Shown in pieces: positions 7,166 to 16,119 of a stretch of 64,000 nt of DNA; position 1 is the first letter of the stretch; each line of letters opens with the position of its first letter. The stretch comes from a virus. The position numbers were made by a program, and so were the translations under genes. The notes beneath the pieces are model-generated. The model made no database searches and was not told the origin of the DNA. It saw only the letters and a program-made list of their open reading frames with translations. Where the stretch lies: positions 13,033 to 77,032 of IMG/VR virus record IMGVR_UViG_3300048834_001178; one strand, 5' to 3'.

Positions 7166-9402
7166 TGAGCGATGGATCCTCCATCCTGCTCGAGTCGGCG
7201 CGCACGTACCTCGCCCGCGGGTACGCGGTCATCCCTGTGCCGGCGCGGAAGAAGATCCCCGTGCTCAAGGGGTGGACGGACCTGCGCCTCGCCGCGAGCG
7301 ATCTGCCGGCGCACTTCAACGGCACCGGCAACATTGGCGTGCTGCTGGGCGAACCGAGCGGCTGGCTCGTTGATGTGGACCTCGACTGCGAGGAGGCGGT
7401 GGCGCTCGCGCCCAAGTTCCTGCCGCCGACGGGCGCGATGTCCGGACGGCCGGGCAAGCCCGCGTCGCACTGGTGGTACATCTGCGCGGGGATCAAGACC
7501 CGCAAGCACCAGGACCCGGTGTCCAAGAAGATGATCGTCGAACTCCGGAGCACCGGGGCTCAGACGGTCGTCGGCCCGAGCATCCATCCCAGCGGAGAGC
7601 CCTACGATCCGCTCGACGGAGAGCCCGCCGTGGTCGACGCTGGCGAACTGGCTGCCGCCGTCGCGGCGCTCGCCGACGCCGTGACCGAAGCCCGGCACGG
7701 GCGCAAGGAAGCGATCGCTTCACAGCCGCGATCACTAGGAAGCGATCGTTTCCTAGCGGGCGACGCCCTGCTCCGCCGCGCCGCGGCGTACCTCGACCGC
7801 ATCCCGCCGGCGATCTCCGGCTCGGGCGGGCACAGTCAGACCTACACGGCCGCGACGGCGATGGTGCACGGGTTCGGCCTCGATCCGGAGGCGGCGTTCT
7901 CGCTGCTGTGGGACCGGTACAACCCGCGGTGCGAGCCGCCGTGGTCGGAGAAGGAACTGCGGCACAAGGTCAGCGATGCCGCGAGCAAGCCGCACGATCG
8001 GCCGCACGGATGGCTGCGCGACGCCGATCGAACCGAGGACCTCGGCGGCGTTGATCTTTCGCGCTTGGTCGTGCGGGCTCGCCCTGCGGTGGTGGATACG
8101 CCGACGCCGCCGCCGCTGGACGACCCGGGCTTGCTCCCGCCAGAGGCACTCCGCGTGCCCGGGTTCGTCGGGGAGGTGATGGACTACTGCCTCGCCACCG
8201 CGCCCTACCCAAGCCAGACGCTGGCGTTCTGCGGAGCCCTAGCTCTCCAGGCGTTTCTCGCGGGCCGTAAGGTCCGTGACCCCGGCGACAACCGCACCAA
8301 CATGTACCTGCTCGGGCTGGCGCACTCGTCCTCGGGCAAGGACTGGCCCCGCAAGATCAACGCCCGCGTGCTCCGGGAGGTCGGCCTCGGCACGGGGCTG
8401 GGCGACCGGCTCGCGTCCGGCGAAGGCGTGCAGGACGCGCTCCGCGGCACGCCGTCGATGCTCTTCCAGACCGACGAGATCGACGGGCTGCTGCAGTCGA
8501 TCAACCGTGCCCGCGACGCGCGGTTCGAATCGATCATGGGCACGCTGCTGACGATGTACTCGGCCTCCAACTCGGTCTTCCCGATGCGCCGCAAGGCCGG
8601 GCAGAGCGAGCCGGGCGTGATCAACCAGCCGTGCCTGGTGCTCTTCGGAACGGCGATCCCGAACCACTACTACGCGGCGCTGTCCGAGCGCATGCTCACC
8701 AACGGCCTGTTCGCACGCATGCTGATCCTGGAATCCGGCCCGCGCGGCCCCGGCCAGGAGCCGACGGTCAGCGACCTGCCCGAGCGCGTGCTCGCGACGG
8801 CCAAGTGGTGGTCGGACCTGCGGCCGGGCCCGGGCAACCTCGCCAACGACCATCCCACGCCGCGCGTCGTGCCGCACACCGACGAAGCCCGGGCGCTGCT
8901 CGTCGAGCTTCGCCGGGCAGCCGAGGACGCGTACGGCGAGGCCGAAGCCGGGCGCGACGCGGTCGCGACCACGGTGTGGGGGCGGGCCAGCGAGCAGACC
9001 CGCAAGCTGGCGCTGCTTTACGCCGTCAGCGAGAACCACGCGGAGCCCGCGATTGGCGTCGAGGCGGTGCGGTGGGCATCGCGGCTCGTCATGCACCAGA
9101 CCAGGCGGATGCTGTTCATGGCCGCCAACCACGCCGCCGAGACGCCGTTCGATGAGCTCGCCCTCCGCGCGATGCGGAAGATCCGCGAAGCGCCGGGCGG
9201 CGCGCTGCCGCACAGCGTGCTTCTCAAGCGGATGAAGATGGACTCCCGCTCGTTCCACGACCTTGTCGACACGCTCGTCCAGCGCGGGGACTTGCTCGTG
9301 GATTCGGAGTCGACGGCGGGCCGGTCGGCGCTGATCTACCGCTTGGCGGAGAAAGAAGGTGAAGGAAGGGTGAAAGAAGAGGGGGCAAAATGCGGGCTGT
9401 AG
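7165..9402 (+). CDS. Bifunctional DNA primase/polymerase (Prim-Pol) with C-terminal DUF3987-like ATPase region
   Basis: NIGVLLGEPSGWLVDVDLD, SHWWY, TVVGPSIHPSG; P-loop-like AHSSSGKD, LFQTDEID, NGLFARMLI. Confidence 0.88.
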   Translation: MSDGSSILLESARTYLARGYAVIPVPARKKIPVLKGWTDLRLAASDLPAHFNGTGNIGVLLGEPSGWLVDVDLDCEEAVALAPKFLPPTGAMSGRPGKPASHWWYICAGIKTRKHQDPVSKKMIVELRSTGAQTVVGPSIHPSGEPYDPLDGEPAVVDAGELAAAVAALADAVTEARHGRKEAIASQPRSLGSDRFLAGDALLRRAAAYLDRIPPAISGSGGHSQTYTAATAMVHGFGLDPEAAFSLLWDRYNPRCEPPWSEKELRHKVSDAASKPHDRPHGWLRDADRTEDLGGVDLSRLVVRARPAVVDTPTPPPLDDPGLLPPEALRVPGFVGEVMDYCLATAPYPSQTLAFCGALALQAFLAGRKVRDPGDNRTNMYLLGLAHSSSGKDWPRKINARVLREVGLGTGLGDRLASGEGVQDALRGTPSMLFQTDEIDGLLQSINRARDARFESIMGTLLTMYSASNSVFPMRRKAGQSEPGVINQPCLVLFGTAIPNHYYAALSERMLTNGLFARMLILESGPRGPGQEPTVSDLPERVLATAKWWSDLRPGPGNLANDHPTPRVVPHTDEARALLVELRRAAEDAYGEAEAGRDAVATTVWGRASEQTRKLALLYAVSENHAEPAIGVEAVRWASRLVMHQTRRMLFMAANHAAETPFDELALRAMRKIREAPGGALPHSVLLKRMKMDSRSFHDLVDTLVQRGDLLVDSESTAGRSALIYRLAEKEGEGRVKEEGAKCGL

Positions 9403-9514
9403 ACACATACACACACTTCTTTCCCTCTTTCACCTTCTTTCCCCCACCCCCGCGTGCGCGTCTGTGTGTGTCTGCGCGAGGGGGGGGTGAAATGGTGAAA
9501 GAAGGTGAAAGAAG
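9351..9514. repeat. Iteron-like direct/inverted GGTGAAAGAAG repeats, candidate replication origin
   Basis: Copies at 9369, 9494, 9504; 9427-9441 is the exact reverse complement of 9497-9511. Confidence 0.55.
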
Positions 9515-9954
9515 CCCCCCGACGAGTTCGCCCATGCAGGTCGTGTGCCAGGCCGCGCCTAGCGGGAGCCTTACAGCCGGAAGCCTACCAAGGGGGAAGC
9601 CTGGGGGGCATGGTTCCTTCCCGCCAGGAAGTGCGTGGCTTGGCCCGCGGGAACAGCCGCGCTTGGCGACAGAGTTTGTTTGGGCCGTCCGAGCGCGGGG
9701 CGGCCCCGTGGCGGGGTTGGTACGCCGCCCCGCCAAGGACGCGACGTGGGCCAACGTGAGCGGACCCGTGGCCAACGGGCGGGGCCAGTAGCGGGCGGGA
9801 ATCGGGGCGTTGAGCGCCCCCGGACGGGACCGTCAGCCCGAGCGAACCAGCCAACCAGCGATCCAGCCATCCCCGGACCCGCCGCATGTGCGGCGGGCCA
9901 CCACGACGCCCCACGCGCTTGCGCTTGCCGCCGCGCGTCCGAACGGAGATCGCT

Positions 9955-11331
9955 GTGAACATCGAGACGCTTCCCATCGACGCGGTCAAGGAATACGACC
10001 GCAACCCCCGCACGATCAGCGACGCCGCCATCGACGCGGTCGCTAAGAGCATCGAGGCCTTTGGCTTCAAGATCCCGATCCTGATCGACGCCGACAACAT
10101 CATCATCGCCGGGCACACGCGACTCCGCGCCGCGCGGAAGCTCGGGCTGAAGGACGTGCCGACGATCCGCGCCGACGACCTCACGCCCGACCAGGTCAAG
10201 GCGCTGCGCATCGCCGACAACAAGGTCGCGTCGCTGACCTCGTGGGACATGGAACTGCTGCCCATCGAACTGGCCGACCTCAAGGGCGTGGACTTCGATC
10301 TCGCGCTGCTGGGCTTCAGCGCCGAGGACCTCGCGGCGATCATGGCTCCCGCCGGCAACGAGGGGCTTGTCGACCCCGACGACGTGCCCGCGCCGCCCGA
10401 CGCCGCGACAACGGTCCCCGGCGACATCTGGGTGCTGGGCAACCACCGCTTGATGTGCGGCGACTCGTCCAAGCCCGAGGACCTGGACCGACTGCTCGAC
10501 GGCCAGCCGATCCATCTGGTCAACACCGATCCGCCGTACAACGTGAAGGTCGAGCCGCGGAGCAACAACGCGATCGCGGCCGGGCTGTCGTCGTTCACGG
10601 CCACGCAGCGCAAGGACGCGAGCGCCGGCGACCAGCAGTCAGCGGACCTGCACCGCTACCCCGAGAAGTCCAAGCCGACGCACAAGAAGCTCCGGGCCAA
10701 GGACCGCCCCCTAGCCAACGATTTCGTCTCCGACCAGGAGTTCGATCGCCTGCTCGCGGCGTGGTTCGGGAACATCGCCCGTCTGCTCATCCCCGGTGGC
10801 GGCTTCTACATCTGGGGCGGCTACGCCAACTGCGCCAACTACCCGCCGGTGCTCAAGGCGATGGAGTTGTACTTCAGCCAGGCGGTGATCTGGATCAAGG
10901 AGCACCCGGTCCTGACGCGCAAGGACTTCATGGGCAACCACGAATGGTGCTTCTACGGCTGGAAGGAGGGCGCTGCACACCGTTTCTTCGGCCCCAACAA
11001 CGTGCCGGACACCTGGAGCATCAAGAAGGTGAACCCGCAGAGCATGGTTCACTTGACGGAGAAGCCCGTCGAGCTCGCGCGGCGGGCGATCGAGTTCTCG
11101 TCGCGGCCGGGCGAGAACGTGCTCGACCTCTTCGGCGGCAGCGGGAGCACGCTCATCGGCGCGGAGATGACGGGGCGGCGGGCGTACCTGATGGAACTCG
11201 ACCCGCTCTACTGCGACGTCATCGTGCAGCGCTGGGAAAAGTTCACGGGCCGCAAGGCGGAGCGACTGCCTGCGAAGGGTGTGGCCGAAGAGAAAGCCGC
11301 GACCCGTGTCGCGGCTGGGAGCAAGGCGTGA
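9955..11331 (+). CDS. ParB-N domain fused to N4/N6 DNA methyltransferase
   Basis: NPRTI..FGFKIPILID..IIAGHTRLRAA; NTDPPYN; HLTEKPVEL; LDLFGGSGST; GTG start after GGAGA. Confidence 0.9.
   Translation: MNIETLPIDAVKEYDRNPRTISDAAIDAVAKSIEAFGFKIPILIDADNIIIAGHTRLRAARKLGLKDVPTIRADDLTPDQVKALRIADNKVASLTSWDMELLPIELADLKGVDFDLALLGFSAEDLAAIMAPAGNEGLVDPDDVPAPPDAATTVPGDIWVLGNHRLMCGDSSKPEDLDRLLDGQPIHLVNTDPPYNVKVEPRSNNAIAAGLSSFTATQRKDASAGDQQSADLHRYPEKSKPTHKKLRAKDRPLANDFVSDQEFDRLLAAWFGNIARLLIPGGGFYIWGGYANCANYPPVLKAMELYFSQAVIWIKEHPVLTRKDFMGNHEWCFYGWKEGAAHRFFGPNNVPDTWSIKKVNPQSMVHLTEKPVELARRAIEFSSRPGENVLDLFGGSGSTLIGAEMTGRRAYLMELDPLYCDVIVQRWEKFTGRKAERLPAKGVAEEKAATRVAAGSKA
11295..11316 (-). terminator. Intrinsic terminator of the leftward cassette
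   Basis: 9-bp perfect stem AGCCGCGAC/GTCGCGGCT followed on the minus strand by a T-rich tail (TTCTCTT). Confidence 0.5.
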
Positions 11332-11339
11332 TGCTCGCC

Positions 11340-11597
11340 TCACTCGTCCAGGGTCGGCAGCGGGCCGTCGACCGCTTCGTCCCATTCGAGGGCGTAGCGC
11401 TCGGCGATGTCCTCGAGGTCATGCTCGGTCAGGTAGTCGGCGGTCTTCCGCTCCTGGCAGGCGGCGACGGCCCTCGCGAGGTCCGTCCATTCCTCGATGG
11501 TGAGCATTTGGTCCTGGCGTGCGCCGACCAGGTGGAGCGCGGCCTGCAGGACGGCTTCGAGTTGCGCTTCGCGGTTTGGGGCGGGCGTCGCGGTCAT
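11340..11597 (-). CDS. Small acidic hypothetical protein; homolog of 63357-63623
   Basis: AVLxAALxLxxARxDQMxTxEEWxxLARAVAxCQ..YLTExDLExIAE shared by both copies. Confidence 0.8.
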   Translation of the reverse strand: MTATPAPNREAQLEAVLQAALHLVGARQDQMLTIEEWTDLARAVAACQERKTADYLTEHDLEDIAERYALEWDEAVDGPLPTLDE

Positions 11598-11600
11598 GGC

Positions 11601-12146
11601 TCAGGCTCCCTTCCCGGCGACGAAGACGCCGCGCTCGTGCTTCTTGAACCTCGCGGCCGTTCCCTTGGCAGCGATCTCGCGGATGATGGCGGCGTAGAGC
11701 GTGGCCTCGGGCGTCTTACCGCCGGGGGAGCGCCACAGGTCCTTGGACTCCATCGCGGCGATCATCTCCTTGGCCCGCATGGGCACCTCGCTCGCGGCGA
11801 GCACCTGTGCGGCAGCGTCGAGGGCGCTGACCCGCTTGGGCTTTGGGGCCTTCGGCGTCTTCGGGGCCTTGGCCGTCTTGGGTGCCTTCTCGCTCTTGGC
11901 CTTCTTCCCCTTGGCAGCCGCATCCACGTTCGCGATGTTGGCCACCTCCTTTTCGCTGGGGACCTCGTGGTCCTGCTTGCCGCCCGCCAACCGGCCGTTG
12001 ATCTCGGCCAGCGCCGCCTTGCGGAGGCGCTCCGTGCTGGAGGCTTTGGCGTCCGGGGCGGCCTTCGCCGCCGCGCGGGCCTTGCGGGCGTCGCCCATCT
12101 CGCGCTGGACCTTGCCCATGTTCTTGATCGTGCCTTTGCGTGCCAT
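11601..12146 (-). CDS. Lys/Ala-rich protein with C-terminal HARE-HTH (winged helix) domain
   Basis: [48 protein letters not shown]; homolog at 63627. Confidence 0.8.
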   Translation of the reverse strand: MARKGTIKNMGKVQREMGDARKARAAAKAAPDAKASSTERLRKAALAEINGRLAGGKQDHEVPSEKEVANIANVDAAAKGKKAKSEKAPKTAKAPKTPKAPKPKRVSALDAAAQVLAASEVPMRAKEMIAAMESKDLWRSPGGKTPEATLYAAIIREIAAKGTAARFKKHERGVFVAGKGA

Positions 12147-12236
12147 GTCGAACTCCTTCTGTCTCGTGCGGAATCCCGCCGCACGCTGCGGCGGGGAAGC
12201 GTGGTCGTCGCGGTTCCCCGCGAGGCCGCGTGGTGG

Positions 12237-12497
12237 TCACTCGTCGTCCAGGAATCGCTCAACCTCCGGCCGCTCCATCCCGCTTGTGAAGGCGATGATG
12301 TCGATCAGGTCGCTGCGGACCTTGCCGAGGTTGCCCGCGAAGCCCCAGTCGGACGGGTGGGTCTTTGCAACCTGGTCGTGGCGGTTCAACTCCATGTCGA
12401 GGACGTCGAGCAGGCGAGCGATGTCGTTGCGGCGTGCTGCGTAGGTCTCCGCGGCGGTCGGCTCGGGCTTGGTGGTCTGAGGGGTGCGCTTCGTCAT
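12237..12497 (-). CDS. Small hypothetical phage protein
   Basis: AAAGGAG RBS, coding-like codon usage, co-directional with neighbours. Confidence 0.7.
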   Translation of the reverse strand: MTKRTPQTTKPEPTAAETYAARRNDIARLLDVLDMELNRHDQVAKTHPSDWGFAGNLGKVRSDLIDIIAFTSGMERPEVERFLDDE

Positions 12498-12557
12498 GGT
12501 CGTGCTCCTTTGGGTTGGTGGTCTCTCGTGAACAGCGAAGCCCGCGTGTCGCGGGCT

Positions 12558-12911
12558 TCAGGTCGTCGGGCGGTTGTCGCTGGGGCGGTCCCAACTCGTC
12601 GTGTCTTTGGGCTGGCCGACCGCCCGGAGGTAGTCGATCAGTTCGTCAGCGGTCCAGGTATCGCCGTCGATCGCGTCGTGCTCGTTGGGGGCGTCGTCGT
12701 TCTCGCGGTCGATCTCGAAGAGGCGGAAGCCACCGAGCGCTCCGGGGCGTGGTCCCCAGTGGCCGTCGAGGTGGCGTCCGCGACCGGCGGGGACCGTGGC
12801 GATGTTCCAGCAGCGTCCGTCGGGCGTGTGGAGTTCGATCGCGGGGATTCGAAACCCGGCCTTGGCAAGGGTCTTGGTGAGGTCGATCGTGGTCTTCGTG
12901 GTCGCGTCCAT
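12558..12911 (-). CDS. Small hypothetical phage protein (start MDATTK)
   Basis: GGAGA RBS before ATG at 12911; first gene of the leftward cassette. Confidence 0.65.
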   Translation of the reverse strand: MDATTKTTIDLTKTLAKAGFRIPAIELHTPDGRCWNIATVPAGRGRHLDGHWGPRPGALGGFRLFEIDRENDDAPNEHDAIDGDTWTADELIDYLRAVGQPKDTTSWDRPSDNRPTT

Positions 12912-13030
12912 GTTCGTGGTCTCCGTCGCGTGCGGGGGGTTTGTTCTTCCCGCTCGCGTGTGACACACATTGGCCGGCTGATGGGGAACAGGCAAGGCGT
13001 TCGGCCTGCATTTCTCGATGATTCTGCGAC

Positions 13031-13064
13031 ATGTGGGCAACTGCGTCCGCGATGTGGGCAACTG
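13031..13064. repeat. 13-bp direct repeat ATGTGGGCAACTG with 21-bp period, in the divergent intergenic region
   Basis: Copies at 13031-13043 and 13052-13064. Confidence 0.7.
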
Positions 13065-13081
13065 TGCGCGGGAGGTCCGCG

Positions 13082-13342
13082 ATGACTCCCGAACACGCGC
13101 CTAGTTCCGGGCCCCACGGCGCATCGGGACAGGGAACCTCCCGGCTCAACCCCGCCGCGCTTGGCGTCGCGGACGCCGCGCGCGTGCTCTCGCGGATCGG
13201 GGGCAAGCCCGTCACCGAGGAAATGCTCCGTGCCGACATCGACGCGGGCGCGCCGACGAACGCGAACGGCACGATCAACCTCGTGCACTACGCCGCGTGG
13301 CTCGTGAAGGAGATGTCTGTGGGGGGTGCTGGTGGCGATTGA
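13082..13342 (+). CDS. Small winged-HTH protein, probable terminase small subunit-like
   Basis: GGAGG RBS; directly upstream of TerL and similar to the TerL N-terminus. Confidence 0.6.
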   Translation: MTPEHAPSSGPHGASGQGTSRLNPAALGVADAARVLSRIGGKPVTEEMLRADIDAGAPTNANGTINLVHYAAWLVKEMSVGGAGGD

Positions 13343-15617
13343 CCCGCGCCAACTCAAGCCCGGCGAACTCGCGCGGCTGCTCAACAGCACGCCGCTGGGC
13401 GAGGTGATCAGCGAGCGGCAGCTCCATAGGCATCGCACGCGCGCGGGGTTCCGTGTCGCGGCCGACGGCGACGGGGGCAAGGTCGATCTCTTTCGTTACG
13501 TGGCGTGGCTGGTGACGACGCGGCACGAGGCCCTGGCCGAGGCGGCCCGCACGCCCGAGGGGCTCACGGGCTACGAGGCGATGAAGGAGCGGGCCCGGCT
13601 CCGCAACGCCATGCTCTCGCTGTCGGGCCGCGACATCGGCGACCTGCCTCCCGTCGGTGACCCCGCGCGGCGTGCCCGGGCCGCGAAGGACTTCCGGTAC
13701 TTCTGCGAGACGTACTTCGGGCAGACCTTCCATCTCAAGTGGTCCGACGACCACCTCAAGGTCATCGCCAAGATCGAGCAGGCGGTGCTGGACGGCGGGC
13801 TGTTCGCGATGGCGATGCCGCGCGGGTCGGGCAAGACGAGCCTGTGCGAGGTGGCTTGCCTGTGGGCGCTGCTGTACGGGCACCGCGAGTTCGTCGCCCT
13901 CATCGGCTCGGACGAGGAGCACGCGGCGGGGATGCTCGAGTCGATCAAGGCGGAGCTGGAGAACAGCGAAATCCTTGGGGCCGACTTCCCGGAGGTCTGT
14001 CATCCCATCCGCTCCCTCGAAGGCATCCACCAGCGCGCCTCGGGCCAGCTCTACCAGGGCAAGCAAACACACATCGGGTGGACAGCCCGGGAGATCGTGC
14101 TGCCGACCATCCCGGGCTCGGCGGCGTCGGGCGCGATCATCCGCGTCGCCGGGATCACCGGCCGCATCCGGGGCATGAAGCACAAGCGCGTTGACGGCGT
14201 AAGCGTCCGTCCGTCGCTCGTGCTGATCGACGATCCGCAAACCGACGAGAGCGCCCGCTCGCCGTCGCAGTGCGCCACCCGCGAGCGGATCCTCGCCGGC
14301 GCGATCCTGGGCCTGGCCGGCCCGGGCCGGAAGATCGCCGGGCTCATGACGCTGACGGTTGTACGCCCCGACGACCTGGCCGATCGCATCCTCGACCGGG
14401 ACAAGCACCCGCAGTGGCAGGGCGAGCGGACCAAGATGGTGTACTCGTTCCCCGCCGCAGACCGCTTGTGGGCCGAGTACGCCCGGCTGCGAGCCGAGGG
14501 ACTCAAGGCCGACCGGGGCGGAGCGGAGGCGACCGCCTTCTACAAGGCGCATCGCGCTGAGATGGATGCCGGCGCGGTCATCGCCTGGCCCGAGCGGTTC
14601 AACCACGACGAACTCTCCGCTGTGCAGCACGCGATGAACCTGCGGCTGCAGAACGAGGCGGCGTTCTTCGCGGAGTACCAGAACGAGCCGCTCCCGGAGA
14701 TCGAAGTCGCGGACGACCTGCTGAGCGCCGATCAGATCGCCGCCAAGGTGAACGGCCACGCCCGCGGGCTGGTCCCCCTGGCGTGCTCGCACCTGACGAT
14801 GTTCGTGGACGTGCAGGGCAAGGCCCTGTTCTACCTCGTGGCCGCCTGGGAGGACGACTTCACGGGGCACGTCATCGACTACGGCACTGAACCGGACCAG
14901 AAGCAGGCGTACTTCACGCTCCGCGACATCAAGCGGACGCTCGGGGCCGCTTCTCCCCGTGCCGGCGTCGAGGGTGCGATCTACGGCGGGCTTGAGCGTC
15001 TCATCGAACAAACCGTTGCCCGCGAGTGGCGGCGCGACGACGGCGCGATGGTGCGAATCGACCGTTGCTTGATCGACGCCAACTGGGGATCGTCCACGGA
15101 TGTGGTCTACCAGTTCTGCCGCCAGAGCCCGCACGCCAGCGTTCTGACGCCCAGCCACGGCCGCTACGTCGGCGCGAGCAGCCTGCCTTTCAGCGACTAC
15201 AAGCGCAAGCGGGGCGAGCGGGTCGGGCTGAACTGGCGCGTCCCGGTGGTCACCGGCAAACGCGCTGTGCGGCATGTGCTCTTCGACACGAACTTCTGGA
15301 AGTCGTTCGTGCATGCACGGCTGGCGGTGCCCATGGGTGACCCGGGAGGGCTGTCACTGTTCGGCCACAAGCCGGAGCACCACCGCCTGTTGGCGGAACA
15401 CCTGACCAGCGAGTACCGGGTGCGGACCGAGGGACGTGGCCGCACCGTCGACGAGTGGAAGCTCCGCATCGAGGGCCTTGACAACCACTGGCTGGACTGC
15501 CTGGTCGGCTGCGCCGTGGCGGCGTCGATGGAGGGGGCGGTGCTATTCGGGACGGACGCGAAGGTGGTCGCGCGGCCACGGCTGAAGCTCTCGCAATTGA
15601 GGAGAGGCAAGTCGTGA
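13326..15617 (+). CDS. Terminase large subunit (GpA-like C-terminal endonuclease)
   Basis: Walker A MPRGSGKTS, Walker B LVLIDD, nuclease motifs FVDVQ and NHWLDCLVGC; upstream of portal. Confidence 0.88.
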   Translation: MLVAIDPRQLKPGELARLLNSTPLGEVISERQLHRHRTRAGFRVAADGDGGKVDLFRYVAWLVTTRHEALAEAARTPEGLTGYEAMKERARLRNAMLSLSGRDIGDLPPVGDPARRARAAKDFRYFCETYFGQTFHLKWSDDHLKVIAKIEQAVLDGGLFAMAMPRGSGKTSLCEVACLWALLYGHREFVALIGSDEEHAAGMLESIKAELENSEILGADFPEVCHPIRSLEGIHQRASGQLYQGKQTHIGWTAREIVLPTIPGSAASGAIIRVAGITGRIRGMKHKRVDGVSVRPSLVLIDDPQTDESARSPSQCATRERILAGAILGLAGPGRKIAGLMTLTVVRPDDLADRILDRDKHPQWQGERTKMVYSFPAADRLWAEYARLRAEGLKADRGGAEATAFYKAHRAEMDAGAVIAWPERFNHDELSAVQHAMNLRLQNEAAFFAEYQNEPLPEIEVADDLLSADQIAAKVNGHARGLVPLACSHLTMFVDVQGKALFYLVAAWEDDFTGHVIDYGTEPDQKQAYFTLRDIKRTLGAASPRAGVEGAIYGGLERLIEQTVAREWRRDDGAMVRIDRCLIDANWGSSTDVVYQFCRQSPHASVLTPSHGRYVGASSLPFSDYKRKRGERVGLNWRVPVVTGKRAVRHVLFDTNFWKSFVHARLAVPMGDPGGLSLFGHKPEHHRLLAEHLTSEYRVRTEGRGRTVDEWKLRIEGLDNHWLDCLVGCAVAASMEGAVLFGTDAKVVARPRLKLSQLRRGKS

Positions 15618-15802
15618 ACGAGCCTAAGCCATCACCACGACCGAGCGGGGTCCAGGCCAAGGGGCTGGCGTGTCCGAAGTGCGGGTGTCGTCACTTCGAG
15701 GTGCTCTACACCCGTGCGGCGCTTGGAGGCGTGATCCGCCGCCGTCGCGCGTGCCGGAACTGCGGCCGGCGCGTGACGACCACCGAGCGGCTCGGAGCCT
15801 AA
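15614..15802 (+). CDS. Small Zn-ribbon protein (Ogr/Delta- or NrdR-N-like), possible late regulator
   Basis: CPKCG..IRRRRACRNCGRRVTTTER. Confidence 0.7.
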   Translation: MNEPKPSPRPSGVQAKGLACPKCGCRHFEVLYTRAALGGVIRRRRACRNCGRRVTTTERLGA

Positions 15803-15874
15803 GCGAGCCAGCGGGTTCTACCGGTGGAACAACTTCGCGCATTCGGGACACGCAGTTCGGGATCAGAGTGTGCA

Positions 15875-15894
15875 ACGGGTTAGGTGCTCTATGG
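15875..15894 (+). promoter_or_regulatory. 20-bp element ACGGGTTAGGTGCTCTATGG (copy 2), upstream of head/tail operon
   Basis: Identical to 1549-1568. Confidence 0.6.
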
Positions 15895-15905
15895 AGAACT
15901 GCACC

Positions 15906-16112
15906 TTGCCGGAGCCCGCCCCCAACCTCGACCAGGCCATCCGCGACAACGCGTCGCAGCCCGCGAAGGCGTCGGTTGACGGGCAGTCGGTCGAGCAGCA
16001 CCCGCTGAAGGACCAGATCGAGGCCGACCGCTACCTCGCGTCCAAGGACGCCGCGAGGAAGCCCGGCCTCGGCATCAAGTTCGCCAAGATCGTGCCCCCC
16101 GGTTCTGTCTGA
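15906..16112 (+). CDS. gpW-like head-tail joining protein
   Basis: Small protein between terminase and portal; KASVDGQSVEQH..DQIEADRYL; TTG start after GGAGA. Confidence 0.65.
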   Translation: MPEPAPNLDQAIRDNASQPAKASVDGQSVEQHPLKDQIEADRYLASKDAARKPGLGIKFAKIVPPGSV

Positions 16113-16119
16113 CCCATTC

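Noticed and set aside
10242-13085. 947-aa plus-strand ORF
   Set aside because: Off-frame to the MTase and antisense to four genes with RBSs, two of them with homologs in element 2; Arg/Gly-rich shadow ORF typical of high-GC DNA
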